From contig KE560662.1 of NCBI GenBank assembly GCA_000442015.1, positions 1-47,849 of the forward strand: a DNA stretch of 47,849 nt, given 5' to 3'. Shown here in pieces: positions 1 to 12,318 of this stretch; the first letter of the stretch is position 1; the number at the start of each line of letters is the position of its first letter. Source of the stretch: Rozella allomycis CSF55 (Eukaryota). The translations under genes and the position numbers were made by a program. The notes below the pieces were generated by a model. It saw only the letters and a list, made by a program, of their open reading frames with translations. It did not search any database and had not been told where the DNA came from.

Positions 1-45
1 AGAAAATTTGTGCAGATAAAGTGAAAAGATTTCCAAAGTGGCTTG

Positions 46-885
46 ATGTTTGACGAGTCTTTTAAGAATATTCAACTGCAACAGTCTGACATATCATACT
101 GGTACCCAATCTTTAAAGACTTTTCTCTCACTTCAAAGTTCATAAATCTTGAATCTACTAATTTTCGAGACTGGATGAAAGAAGACTCTATAATAATTCC
201 CGAAGCGTTCCCATTGTCCACTTTAATAGATAATGAATTAGACGAGCTGGGTGGTATTGTGATGTGCAAACTGAACTGGTCAAGTCCAAAAGATGCTGCA
301 AAGTTGTTTTTGGACGGTCAAAAATGTAGGTCCAGTCACGATGTCTTGCGGTTGATTAAAAGCTCCGATTATATCTTGCACGATATTAACCGCCGGTATT
401 CGAAGCCTCTGTGTTTGTGTTTAAGGAAGTGGTACAAAATTCACAAGTCGAACGAGTTTCGATGTTTTGTTGTAAATGGGAAATTACGAGCAATGAGTCA
501 GAGACATATAGATTGTTATTTTGAAGAGCTTTTTTCAAAACAAGAAGTCATAATTGATTTATGTGAACAGTTTTACGATGATAATTTGAAAGGAAAGATA
601 ATGGATGACCAATTTTTAGTTTTTGATGTTTATTTCAATACTTCGTTTACCAAATTATGGTTAATTGACATTAATGTATTTGATGAATACACTAATCCAC
701 TGTTGTACACCTGGGATGAACTTTTAGGCGAAAAAGAAATTGAGGAATTAAGACTGGTGGAAACCCCCGAGAATTGTAAAGGAACAACAGATACTTTTAA
801 TTCATATCCTCTAGAATTGATTGATTTAGTGTACAGCGGGAATTCTAATTTTGATAATTTTTTGGAAAATCAAGAGTACCAATAG
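46..885 (+). CDS. CDC123: Cell division cycle protein 123 (ATP-grasp eIF2 assembly factor)
   Basis: Motifs KLNWSSPKDA, LIKSSDYILHD, EFRCFV, SQRH, WLIDIN, LLYTWDEL. ATG at 46. Confidence 0.93.
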   Translation: MFDESFKNIQLQQSDISYWYPIFKDFSLTSKFINLESTNFRDWMKEDSIIIPEAFPLSTLIDNELDELGGIVMCKLNWSSPKDAAKLFLDGQKCRSSHDVLRLIKSSDYILHDINRRYSKPLCLCLRKWYKIHKSNEFRCFVVNGKLRAMSQRHIDCYFEELFSKQEVIIDLCEQFYDDNLKGKIMDDQFLVFDVYFNTSFTKLWLIDINVFDEYTNPLLYTWDELLGEKEIEELRLVETPENCKGTTDTFNSYPLELIDLVYSGNSNFDNFLENQEYQ

Positions 886-969
886 AAGAAAAGGAGATTA
901 CTAATCAATTAAATCCTTATTTACGCGATTACAATAAATCTCAATATGTGCATTGATTTTGTTGCTTTA

Positions 970-1763
970 TTAAACATTTTCGGATGCGTCTTCATCAGAA
1001 TCGGTCGCATTCTCTTCTATACTGTTTTGTGTACCAGAATTGTTTGTTTCATTATCGGAATTGCTTCCTTCGTCATTATTCTGCACACTTCCATCATTGT
1101 CGTAGTTAGAATCGTTTTCTGGTTCACATGCTGTGACTATTTCGTTTTTCCAAGCCTTTGACTTGACTGATTTAAAATCTTCAACGCATTTAACTAGTTT
1201 TCCAGCCGTCTCGGGATCCTTGAATTTTATAAGAAAGCAAGTTGACTTTTCTGGTGTTTCGAATGCAATAAAAGTGCAGAATTTGCCTTGCACGATTTCA
1301 ACTTTCATGGTATCAAAGAGTCTAACATTTAATGCCAGTCTAAGGGATCCAGTAGATCTAAATACTAAACATTACAAGTACATGTATTTACTAATTCGAG
1401 CTGTGTGGTTTTCTTCACAGATATTGAGTTTTAAATTTCCCAGCCCTCTTTCTTTCCATCCACTTTCCTCCATATGATATAGTTTCGCAGTCGCCTGCAG
1501 TTGACACGAAGACTACAATTTTACTTGGAATACACAAGATTCATTTTCTTCTCCGGTTTCTACCTTAACTTCAACCAACTCATTGTCAGTTTTTGCCTTT
1601 TTAGCTGCAGGCGTTTCTTTTTCTTCTTGCTTGTCCTTTTGCTCGTTCAGCAATTCTTTAAAAGATTTGCCACCAGCAGCTAAAGACCCGAATGAAACGG
1701 TTGAAGATCCAAATGAAAAAGGCTATAAATTTTAGATTAAATTTTTACTTTTGATTCTGACAT
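970..1763 (-). CDS. Ran-binding domain protein, RanBP3/Yrb2-like (spliced)
   Basis: Spliced product MSESK|PFSFGSSTVSFG...VETGEENE...KLYHMEESGWKERGLGNLKLN...RIIFRSTGSLRLALN: FxFG repeats plus a RanBD. First intron 1723-1748 (26 nt). Confidence 0.8.
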
Positions 1764-1880
1764 TCTGCGTTGTACTTGGTGAACAGAGTGGCGAAGTTAG
1801 ACTGGACTGTTACTTTTCAAATTATAAAACAAATTAAATCATATTTATTTAAACGATCATCTAAATTGAAATTGTTATTT

Positions 1881-2590
1881 TTAGAACATGTCCAACGCTG
1901 TGAGTTTTCCATACAGCGATGACCAAGACGGAGGTTGACACCAAACATCTCTTTCAATATTCAGTACCTTTAAGATATCTGAAGCATCATTTCGATTATC
2001 ACCTTCAATTGTGTATTTTACTACAACATTCAGGGATATGTTTTGCTCTTTGGCTAGATTGTACCAATATTTTGTAATTCCAAGTCCTTCCCAGAAGAAT
2101 TCATCATTCCCAATAATATCTTCGTTTACTGTAACAAGCTTTTTAGATGTCGATGACGAATCTCCCGAGCAAAAGATATATACGTCTTTTGGTCCAATCT
2201 TTGCAATCCATTCCAAGAATTCCTTGACAAAAAGGAGCCAACAGTCAGGTTTTGGATTGGATCTTTGTTGAACAATCAGAAGATTTTCACTTTTAGATAC
2301 GTAGACTAGAAATATCGCAAAATTGTTTCCTTACCTTCTAAAGCTGTGCAAAGTCCGTTTGAAAAGGAAAAGGGATTATTAGCTGCAAAAGGATAAACAT
2401 ATCGTGATTCCAAAAATCCAATCTTTTCACACTTGAGAGTTTCTATTAGTAAATCAACTGCCAACTGACCAACGTTCCCAATACAAGGCACACCAGGCTG
2501 TTAAAATTATTACGAAACAATTACTATTATTAGTTTGAAATTCTTGAAATCACTTTTAATCAGATCATCTTTTAAAGGAAAGAACTTCAT
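1881..2590 (-). CDS. PSMG2: Proteasome assembly chaperone 2 (PAC2)
   Basis: Motifs GNVGQLAVDLLI, TALE, EGDNRNDA and C-terminal PPSWSSLYG. ATG at 2590, short introns. Confidence 0.88.
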
Positions 2591-2606
2591 TCCGGAAATT
2601 TGCAAA

Positions 2607-4888
2607 ATGGATTTTGAGATGGAAGACGTGCCTGTGTGTGACGTTATATATCAACCAACTGAAAAGGCTAAATATAATGCGCACTTGAGTTCATTTGATG
2701 AATATAAAAAATTGTATGATGAAAGCATAAGAGATCCTGAGAGTTTTTGGAAAAAGGTAGTTTTGGCCATACATGTTAAGATAGATGGCCCATGAGACAT
2801 TGAGCTGGGACATTCCTTTTCAGAAAGTGTCAAGCGGGTAATAGTTCACATTGTCTATATTCATAGATCATTTCAAGATGCGAATATAAAATGGTTTGAA
2901 GATGGATATTTGAATGCATGCTACAATTGTGTTGACAGGCATGCCAACAAGAATCCCAACAAAGTAGCCATTTATTGGGAAGGAGATCAAGTAATTAATT
3001 TTGATTGATTGGCAATTAGACCAGCGAATCAAGATCAATCTCATATCTCGAAATGAAAAATGAAATTTGTAGACTTGCTAATTACTTGGAGTCTATTGGT
3101 GTTAAGAAAGGAGATTGTGTAGCGATTTATATGCCAATGATTCCTGAAGCTGTGTATGCAATGCTGGCGTGTGTGAGAATTGGTGCAATTCATTCGTAAG
3201 ATTGAATTTATCATGAAATAAAGTGTTGTGTTTGGGGGCTTTAGTGATGAAGCGTTGAAAGATAGAATTATTGATGCCAAATGCAGAGTGGTGATAACAG
3301 CTGATGAAGGTGTTAGGGGTGGGAAAGTTATTCATTTGAAGAATATTGTTGATCAAGCGATTGAAAGTGTTGAATTTGTAAAAACAGTTCTTGTAGTGAA
3401 ACGAACTGGAGAGCCATCGATTCAAATGAAGGCGGATAGGGATGTTTGGTACCATGAAAAAGTTTCGACTCAATCTAAAGATCATAAACCTGTTTCAATG
3501 AATAGCGAAGATTTGTTGTTTATTCTGTACACATCTGGCAGCACTGTAAAATATTAACGCTCATTCAAGTAGGGGAAACCAAAAGGTGTTGCACATTCAA
3601 CAGCTGGATATCTTTTGTATGCCTCTTTGACTTTTAAATATGTTTTTAATTACGCTGAGAATGATATTTTTGGCTGTATGGCGGATGTTGGGTAATCTGT
3701 GATTGTATGTTGAACTAGTTGGATAACAGGACATTCATACGTCGTTTATGGTCCATTATGCAATGGGGCTACAATAGTTTTGTTTGATAGTACTCCATTT
3801 TACCCAGACGCTTCACGTTATTGGCAAGTTGTTGACAAGTACAAAATTACGCAATTCTACACTGCACCAACTGCAATCAGAGCTCTACGAAAAGCAGGCG
3901 ACGCATNCAATTAGAGCTCTTCGAAAAGCAGGCGACGCATTTCCGTTAAAATATGATTTGTCATCTCTTCGTGTTTTAGGCTCAGTTGGGGAACCAATTA
4001 ACCCTGAAGCATGGCAATGGTATTATGACAAAATTGGTAGAAATAAATGCGCTCTAGTTGACACTTATTGGCAGACTGAAACTGGTGGAATTGTTATAAC
4101 ACCAATTTCAAGCGTTACACCAACAAAGCCTGGTGCTGCTACCCTTCCTTTCTTTGGGATTGAGCCTGCTTTATTAGATCCTCATTCTGGTCATGAAATA
4201 TCAGGAAATGGGGTTTGTGGGGTTTTAGCGATTAAAAGCCCTTGGCCTTCTATTACAAGAACTGTTTATGGGGATCACGAGCGTTACAAAATGACTTACT
4301 TTACTCAATATCCAGGTTATTACTTTACTGGCGATAGGTAAGACACGTTTAGTACATTAAATAGTGCTGCTAGAGATTCAAATGGGTATTATTGGATTAG
4401 AGGAAGGGTTGACGATGTCATCAATGTATCTGGTCACAGATTAAGTACCGCAGGTAAAAGGCTGAAGTATGTTTTATAGAAATTGAAAACGCTTTAATAA
4501 ATTATCCTGAATGTGCGGAAGCTGCAGTTATTGGAAAACCCGATGAGATTACAGGGCAAAGCATTTGTGTATTTTGCATTTTAAGAAACCCAAATATTGA
4601 TAAAGAAAAGGCTAAAACTGATATCATTAAACAAGTCAGAAAAGTAATTTGTTCTTCATTTTGTACCCTTAGAGTATTGGACCGATAGCCACCCCGAAAT
4701 CCGTCTATTTAGTTCCTGACCTACCAAAAACTGTACTTTAATTCTCATAATCTAATCTTTAGAGATCAGGGAAAATAATGCGTCGCTTGTTGAGAAAAAT
4801 TGTTTCTGGTGAAACTAACTTTGGCGATCTAACGACTCTCTCCGATCCATCAATCATTAACAAAATTAACATCATAGTCTCACAATAA
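2607..4888 (+). CDS. ACS: Acetyl-CoA synthetase (multi-exon)
   Basis: Motifs [70 protein letters not shown]-junction duplication at 3907. Confidence 0.96.
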
Positions 4889-4933
4889 AATGTTTTAAAT
4901 TTAAATCATTTAATTATTAATATAATATTGTTG

Positions 4934-5098
4934 TTATTGTTTCTTCTTTTCTTTGAGAAACTTTTCTCTAATGTCAGTTACAGCCTTTTGAACATCAGGA
5001 GTCTGCTCTATTAAATAAATAAATTTTACCTCATAATTTTGAGCAATGTAAACGCCAGTAACAGTTCCACACGCAAACCCGAGTAGAAATTGAAACAT
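4934..5098 (-). CDS. STMP1: Short transmembrane mitochondrial protein 1 (STMP1/C7orf73-like), 45 aa, two exons
   Basis: MFQFLLGFACGTVTGVYIAQNYE|TPDVQKAVTDIREKFLKEKKKQ*, with a 27-nt intron at 5003-5029. Matches the recalled STMP1 pattern MLQFLLGF..G...G.YLAQNY..P. Confidence 0.85.
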   Translation of the reverse strand: MFQFLLGFACGTVTGVYIAQNYEVKFIYLIEQTPDVQKAVTDIREKFLKEKKKQ

Positions 5099-5151
5099 CA
5101 AAATAGGAATTCGGATTTTTCCCTGTCAGGAATGCTTCCTTGGAAACTACC

Positions 5152-6084
5152 ATGTTTGTTCATCCAACATTTTATACTTGTGAAACCAATCCAGAAAACG
5201 TTTCATTTCTATCCAACCTGCATGAATTAAAAACTGGAGATGTAATTGGCCTGAAAGAAACATTGGTATATTTACACAACACCACAATTAAATTTGGGAC
5301 ATGCAATACAACCATAAATTTTGACGAAAATTCATCGAATTGGATAATAGAAAGAACTGCTTTTACGAATAAATGGAAGTACAATTTAAGATCTGTGATC
5401 AATTCTGATCTACAAACAATTGAAGAAACAGAAACAAGATACGGATTAGATGAGGCGGAAATATTTAAAAGGCATGTTATAAATCAGCATTCGTATTATG
5501 ATATCAAAGATTATAGAAATCATGAAGAATCGTTGCATGTCAAAGTGCACTTGTCGAACAATGACTCTAGGATAATATTTTCAGGTATTTTATAGTTATG
5601 CTTAATAAAGGACTTGAAATTTTATTGCCATTATTGTTTTTAAGGTCGAGGGAAAATAGACTATCTTTAATGTACTTTTTTGAAGGTGAATGCAAAGAAG
5701 TTAGCATGATCAAAGAAGACGATTATATAAATATGTCGTTGGGTAGCCATACCTTAAAGTTTCTTTTTGACAACGATGAACTTGTGGAATCTCCATTTGG
5801 GATGACTATGCAATTACGTGATGAAGAATTTTCCAAAGGTAAATTGTTACAATTTATATTAAACAGTCTTTGCCGAGCAGAAATTGGAGGAAGATATTAA
5901 AAAGGATGTAGAGCTGGAGAGTTTGTATCACCAAAGCAAAGAACAAATAGGAAAAGATTTGTCAAAGTTTATTCAAGACAATGATCAATTGAAAACATTC
6001 TTGGCGGACTACATGGCTCAACTTTTACATCACAAGCCAAGCAACGTTTACGAATTTACAAGAAATCAATTTGCAGTGGAATAA
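5152..6084 (+). CDS. CATIP: Ciliogenesis-associated TTC17-interacting protein-like (three exons)
   Basis: C-terminal LEEDI...LADYMAQLLHHKPSNVYEF resembles the CATIP RIIa/Dpy30-like tail. Three ORFs are joinable by short introns. Confidence 0.6.
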
Positions 6085-6154
6085 ATAAAGAATGAAATAA
6101 TAGTTTTGTGAGAATTTCATTTAATAACTTAATCATTTATTAGAATAAAAAATA

Positions 6155-7221
6155 TTATGCTTTCATTGATGCAGTCTTTCTTTTGGGTTTCTCTGTCTTT
6201 TTCTCGGCTGTTTTTGGTTTTTCTACTTTGGATTTTTTAGTTTGCTTCGTTTCAACTTCTTCAGTTGTTCTTTTCTTTTTTGGCTTTTCAGTTTTTGATT
6301 TTTCTTCAATTTTGGATTTTGATGGAGCCTCTTTGGAATCATTTGCGACGATCTTTTCTTCTTTTTTCGATGTAACTTCCTTCTTCACCTTCTTCGCTTT
6401 TGGTTCCTCTTCTTTGGCTGATTCAACTGGAGTTTCAGTGACTTCAGCAACGGCTGGCTTTTCAGCAGCATCTTCGTCAATGAAATCAAAAACAGGAAGA
6501 GCAATAGAAGAATTTGTTTTCAAGTTAATATTTTGGACGTTTTTCCATTTCTTAGGTATTAATTCTACAATTCCCTTGAGTGCATCATTTGTATTTTGAA
6601 CCAATTCAGCCTCACTCATTCCAACATTACCAACTTTAACAGTCCTTTGATTAATATTTTTTAAATTCCTTACCAGCAGGATCCAAAATTCATAAATAAA
6701 TACGTAGATTGGTGGATAGATTCAAATATTCTCTTTTCCATTGTTTCTTTGTTAGTGGATAATTCAATAGGAACTGGCTGCTTCTTCTTTTTGAAAAATG
6801 TCTTTCCAAGCTTCTGTGGCAACATTGGAAGGATACGCTCATCAGCAAGAAAAAAATCATATCCATTGCAAAATGCTCTTTTTGCTTCATGAGTAGAAAA
6901 TTGTTTCAACTTTGAAAAACTATAAACTTTCTCTATATTCTCTATGGCCTTTATCACTTCTTTTTGTGGTGCTTGATCCTTTATAATCACACAAACAGTA
7001 TCATTTTTTCTGATAGAATTTGTAATTGGAATTCTATGGGGTTTTACGGTAGACTTCAAATTAGATGGAAGATTTTGCAAACCAACAGACAACCAAATAG
7101 ATGCTGGTTTATCCAACAAGGTTTGAGATGTCTCGGCACTTTCGAATTTCTTTAATGACGAAATACATTTTTGAATCTATTAGAAATAACATTTTCTTGT
7201 TACTTTTGGAGTAAAATCCAT
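6155..7221 (-). CDS. RSL1D1: Ribosomal L1 domain-containing nucleolar protein (RSL1D1/Utp30/Cic1 family)
   Basis: Motifs YDFFLADERILPMLPQKLGKTFFKKKKQPVPI, KWKNVQNINLKT..SIALPVF, and a Lys/Glu-rich tail. Confidence 0.88.
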
Positions 7222-7303
7222 TTGGTTTTTTTCGTGGCGCAGTGTGGACCAATTAGTAAATTTCACATTTCTGTTTGTTGACTTTTGAGTTGCGAATAAA
7301 ATA

Positions 7304-7755
7304 ATGAAGCATAAAAAATATCAAACTCGATTCCCCGTAGGAAGAGTAAAAAGAATCATGCAGGTAGACGAAGAAGTAGGAAAAGTTTCGCAATTATCCA
7401 CTATTCTAGTTTGTAATTTGACACACCATAAATTAACATAGCTAGAGCCGTGGAATTATTTGTAAAGTCATTGGTAGATAAATCCGAAGAAATTGTAAAG
7501 TCCCGATCAGGAAATAAACTTACACCGTCAGTCTTAAAAATGGCTGTAGAATCCACAGAACAGTTTGATTTCTTAAAAGACCTAGTTGAAAAAGTGCCAG
7601 AACTTAAAGATGAAGATATTCAAGGTGCAAAAAAGAGAAAACGAAAAGATGCCACCGCAAACACTAAAGTTAAAGAAGAATCTGATCAAGACGCGACAGA
7701 CTCTGAAAGTGAACCATTAACAAGAAAATCAAATCCAAAAAATGAAAAAGATTAA
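7304..7755 (+). CDS. DRAP1: NC2 alpha subunit (histone fold, Dr1-associated)
   Basis: TRFPVGRVKRIMQVDEEVGKVSQ...|...AVELFVKSLV...EQFDFLKDLV. Confidence 0.9.
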
Positions 7756-7841
7756 ATTATTTTTGTTGGATTTATTTTATTTTTTCTTCTTCCAAACCAA
7801 TTTACTTTACCCGCTCTGGTAAATTGCCAGGGTTATACTTT

Positions 7842-9080
7842 ATGGCTAAACTATTTCTATCCAGACCTATAAGAAAACTCTACAGTACAGTAGCACAAGA
7901 ATTTTCGTCCATTAAATCATTGGTCAATAATAAGCCTGTATTTCATAATGAAGTGTTGCACTTTCTAAGCACTACAGCGCCAACAAAGGACAAGCTAGAC
8001 AAATTGGAAGACCGAGATAAACTATTATTATTGAGTAAATGTGTTTTTAAAAATGAATTAGACTCATTAAACGAGCCTTTAGACTATCCCTATGCTCGGC
8101 ATGTATTTCAATCAATTGAAAACAAGACGATAATTCCAAAGGAAGCATATTTAAATATGCTAATTATGTGCGAAAGACATCAAGACATCTCTGGAATGAA
8201 GGCCATTTTCGCCTTGATGAGAGAAAACAAAATGGCCATAGAGTCTGGATTATTGACTCTATATCTTTCAGCATCATTATCATTACTCGAAAATAACAAA
8301 GGGGAAATAGAGATAGCACCTGGTATTGAAAAGATTCCTTACGATTCACTGGACAGCCATAAAGTGATTCATGAAATTATTGAAGAATATCGCAACATAT
8401 CTGCACCAATCCCATTGGATGCGCTTCATATGATAATTGCTCATTATATTACCATTTTTGATTATACCACATCCTTGAGTTTAATAAAGATGTACTACTC
8501 TACGCTAGGATCAGAAATAACATTAAACCTTGGTAGATATTTGTGCTATCAAGCTTTATTTGCTGTTCATTCACGAAAGACTGCTTTGGACTTTTATGCT
8601 TGGCTTAAGACATTACCATCAGAGTTTCAGCCAGATACTGGATTGTATGACGTTTTACTAACTGGTTTTATGGGATTAAGTGAAGATAGAATAGTAAATG
8701 AAATACTAATTGATTGTTTTAACAGAGAAATAATGCCTCCTCATGATTTACTTCAAGATGCGATAATATTGAATCTTCGTTTCCTGAATTATGATGAAGT
8801 TATTGGAATAGTTGATCAAATGATGCATGCAGAAAAACCTCCTTCGTCAGAATTATTTTATAGGATATTTCACAGCTCTCTACAAAGGGCTCCTTATGTT
8901 TATGAAGAATCTTACATTGATCAAGTTTTACCAATTCTTAACAAGTTTATTGACTTAAATATAAAGCCATGCATGGAAATCAAATATGGTTTGGCAAGAT
9001 GTTATTTAAAAGTTCCACCTTCTCCTTCCTTTATGGAATTCGTCGAAAATTGGTTTCAATCCGCAATTCAAGAAGAATAA
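7842..9080 (+). CDS. Helical-repeat (PPR-like) protein, probably mitochondrial
   Basis: Intronless ORF with presequence-like start (MAKLFLSRPIRKLYST) and PPR-like segments (PDTGLYDVLLTGF, EAYLNMLIMC, PSSELFYRIF). Confidence 0.5.
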   Translation: MAKLFLSRPIRKLYSTVAQEFSSIKSLVNNKPVFHNEVLHFLSTTAPTKDKLDKLEDRDKLLLLSKCVFKNELDSLNEPLDYPYARHVFQSIENKTIIPKEAYLNMLIMCERHQDISGMKAIFALMRENKMAIESGLLTLYLSASLSLLENNKGEIEIAPGIEKIPYDSLDSHKVIHEIIEEYRNISAPIPLDALHMIIAHYITIFDYTTSLSLIKMYYSTLGSEITLNLGRYLCYQALFAVHSRKTALDFYAWLKTLPSEFQPDTGLYDVLLTGFMGLSEDRIVNEILIDCFNREIMPPHDLLQDAIILNLRFLNYDEVIGIVDQMMHAEKPPSSELFYRIFHSSLQRAPYVYEESYIDQVLPILNKFIDLNIKPCMEIKYGLARCYLKVPPSPSFMEFVENWFQSAIQEE

Positions 9081-9142
9081 AAATTCTATTTAAAGTTAAT
9101 ATATTTATTTTCATTTGCTTTTAATGAAATCGTTTGTGTATT

Positions 9143-10955
9143 TCATTTTCTTTTTGATATTATTATCATAGATGTCAAAACCGCCGCCCCGATGGCAGCT
9201 ACCCCCAACCAAAATTTTCCAGATTTACTTTTGTTCAACCTGTTCTTATTTTCTTTGCTTTCCTTTTTTTCGATTTTCGGCCTTGAAACATTACCAAGAG
9301 TGTCATCAATGATAGGTTGTGGCAGTTCCATGAATGGCTTTCCTGAATGTTGCAAAGACACCTTAATTTCTTTAGCTACCCGTTTCCCACTTTCTATTGC
9401 TCCTTCAATGTATCCTCGATTATTAAATGCAGCTTCTGTTCCCGCAAAGTGAATGTGTTTGTGCGATGATGAAATACTTTCATAGTAGGATCCTTTCTCC
9501 GTTCCCAGATGTGTAGAACCAGGGCCAAGTAGACTTTGATACCCGCCACCTTATGTAACAAAGGAAATTAATTATTACCGATCGTATGTTCCAAACTCCA
9601 GTCTTTTTCTTGATATCCAATGGCTTGTTCAGCCTCTGGTCCAAATAATTTTGACAATGCAGATGTTATCCAAGGCTTTCTTTGATCTTTTGGTATCTAT
9701 ATGGTTTTAATGCTTGAGTTACCGATGAGAAATTTCGTGCTTGAATACCACAAGAAAATATCACTAGAGCACAAACTTTCATATTGTCGTCACATCCATC
9801 AACAACTGTAGTAATCGCAAAGGAAGGATTCGAGTTATCTAAATTATTGGATTTATTTAGATCCTCTTCTGAAACTACACAATGCGCATTTCCGCTTAAG
9901 CCATTTTTTCTCCAAAAGGCTCTTCTGTAAATGACATGAATTTTGATCACAAATCCCATAAAACTCTTTTGAATCAACTGTTTTTTGGAAATGAAATCCG
10001 TATTACTTGATATTTATTGGATGGGATCGATGGATTAAATTGTATTTTAGCTATAGCTGTTGGTGGTATGGCTAAAACAACATATTTGCACTTGATGGTA
10101 ATCATTGTACTATTATTGATGATACATGAAACGTGACAACCGCCTTTTTCATTTATATAGATGTTTGTAACAGTCCAATTAAACTTAATGGTATCATTAA
10201 GCTGTTTCTGCAAGTATTTACACAATTCCTGGGCTCCCTCGCGTATTCTATACTGAGTGTTGCCAACTCCAGGCCCTAGGCTTTTAAAGATAGCTATGTC
10301 AACAAGAATTCAAAGGTACTGTTTCCCGAAATGACATCTTCAAGAAGATATTGTGCACTTATTTCACTTGGCTCGCAACAAAGAGATGATCGGACAAAAT
10401 AATCAAACATGGCATGCGTTCGACTATCAGAATGGCTCGCTAGGTCGCGAGAAGTTTTGAATTCATTTGTTATTCCTTAATAATACAATCCGAATAATAT
10501 ACCTTCTTCGTAATTTGTGGTTAAGATATTCTCCTCCACCTCAGCGGTATCAAACTTATAGCCTGTCGAAAAAAATGTTCTTCTTTACTAGAGTCATTCG
10601 AATAATGCGATTCGTCTTTTGTGAAAACTATATCGTTTCCCTCGTTATATTGTGGAATCTTTGTCAAACCTGCGGCCGTAACCAAGTCAAGAGTGTTTTG
10701 ATGCCCTTCATCAATCCACATTCCTATATACATTGTCATAATTGAAAATACCTCCTAAATCTACACCTGTACCATTTACAGGGTATGAAAGTAATCTACC
10801 GCCAATTCTGTTTATTGCTTCGACAACAAATATTTTTTGGCCCAATTTCTGTAATTCCATAGCTGCAAACAACCCTTTCAATAATTTGTAACTATAATAC
10901 CAGAAATACCCGCGCCAACAATCAATACATCGGTTTCAATATTTTTCTCAGGCAT
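9143..10955 (-). CDS. Flavin-containing monoamine oxidase with C-terminal membrane anchor (multi-exon)
   Basis: Motifs DVLIVGAGIS|GLFAA, EAINRIGGR, VDLG|GMWI, IHFAGTEAA...GYIEGAIESGKRVA, and a hydrophobic C-terminal tail. Confidence 0.88.
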
Positions 10956-11153
10956 TGGTATCGAATTGCGTTGCTACAACAATGTTTGATCATAAAAGTC
11001 TTTTACAAAACGTTAATATTGTAAGTGTGATAATGCATAAAGATCTTAATTAAAATATTTGATCTTTAATCGTTTACCACCAATGACAAAAAACCAATCC
11101 AGCCAACTTGAACTGCGAAATCTCCAATCAATACGATGACAAAAAAATATTTT

Positions 11154-11929
11154 TTATTCCATTTTGATCAAAATAAATATAATGACTCCAACTAAACCAC
11201 ATAACGCAAATAGTATTAGTTTTTCGGCTAAAGTTAGGGAATCATTATGAATTTTGCTTTTTACAGTCTCCCCAAAAATCAAATTATGATTGCCTAGAAA
11301 TGTAGCATTATTAAATATTACTGTTCGCAGCTACATTTATCGTTTCGGCTGAAATATTCTTTGTGACTGTACTTGATGACCGTTGTATTAAGGTGTCATC
11401 TGTAGCCCCATGAGACGACCCATTTTCTCCATTTTCTATGTCAAGACTCGTGTTTTCAATCTTTTTATTCATGGTTTGCTTATCCTTGTATGCTCACAAG
11501 TCGTCTTATACTTGATTTTCCATAATACATTTAATCATGGACTCAAATTCATTTACATCATTCAATGTTTGGGATAAAAGGCCATCTGTTATAATATATA
11601 TCATGGCTACATTATTATCGTCAACAGATCTTAATATCTGATTTACATACTATTTTGTTTCAATGTTTCATTTACTCTTCGCATTGAATTATCTAGTCTT
11701 AGGAATAATGCTTCATAATATTTCAAGGACATATAGGAAAAAGTCTCCTCTGATCGTATATGTTCCTTCTGCGGTGAATAAATATCGCTAAATAGAATGA
11801 AAATCTGAATTATGAGCAACATTGTTATTCTACAAGGGGATATCTGTTGCAATGGTATAAAATATCATCAAAAATTGCCTTTTCTGATATTGTTTTTACG
11901 CGCACAAAGTCATTATCAAATGCCAACAT
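11154..11929 (-). CDS. Hypothetical tail-anchored protein (spliced, no recognised family)
   Basis: Exons join as MLAFDNDF...RYPL|IFILFSDI...|...|DKQTMN...|...KLILFALCGLVGVIIFILIKME*. Some splice sites are uncertain. Confidence 0.5.
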
Positions 11930-11993
11930 TGTTAGTTAACTTAGGATTTTTCCTAAATCTTAATTGCTTCACAAACTAACTATTTTCCACAGC

Positions 11994-12071
11994 ATTTCTC
12001 AAATTACCTTAATTTTAAAAGATGATAACTCAATTTCTCAAATTACCTTAGGTTTAACAAATGATAACTCA
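11994..12071. repeat. Two imperfect 39-bp tandem copies
   Basis: atttctcaaattacctta..tttaa.a.atgataactca starts at 11994 and again at 12033. Confidence 0.85.
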
Positions 12072-12318
12072 AATTTCACATCACGCATGCTTTGCATGTT
12101 CCTTATAGCACCATGTGATGATCCGTTATCGTGAAATGTCAATTTTAGGTGCTTGCTAGGCTACATACAAGTGAAAGGACACGAATAGTCATAGAATATG
12201 CATGATGATAACCCGGTATGATGGTTTCGGCAAATTTTGCTTCAACAGTACTTCTTTTGTCATGTTACTACATAATTAATTAATCTTTATTCTTGAAAAG
12301 AAAATTGACAATTAATAT

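Noticed and set aside
6183..6599. Antisense or alternate-frame ORFs (also 26032-26325, 28502-28798, 47436-47711)
   Set aside because: They are shadows of low-complexity real CDSs.
11994..12071. CRISPR-like or transposon terminal repeat
   Set aside because: Only two adjacent copies, no spacers, no cas or transposase genes, and the context is eukaryotic.
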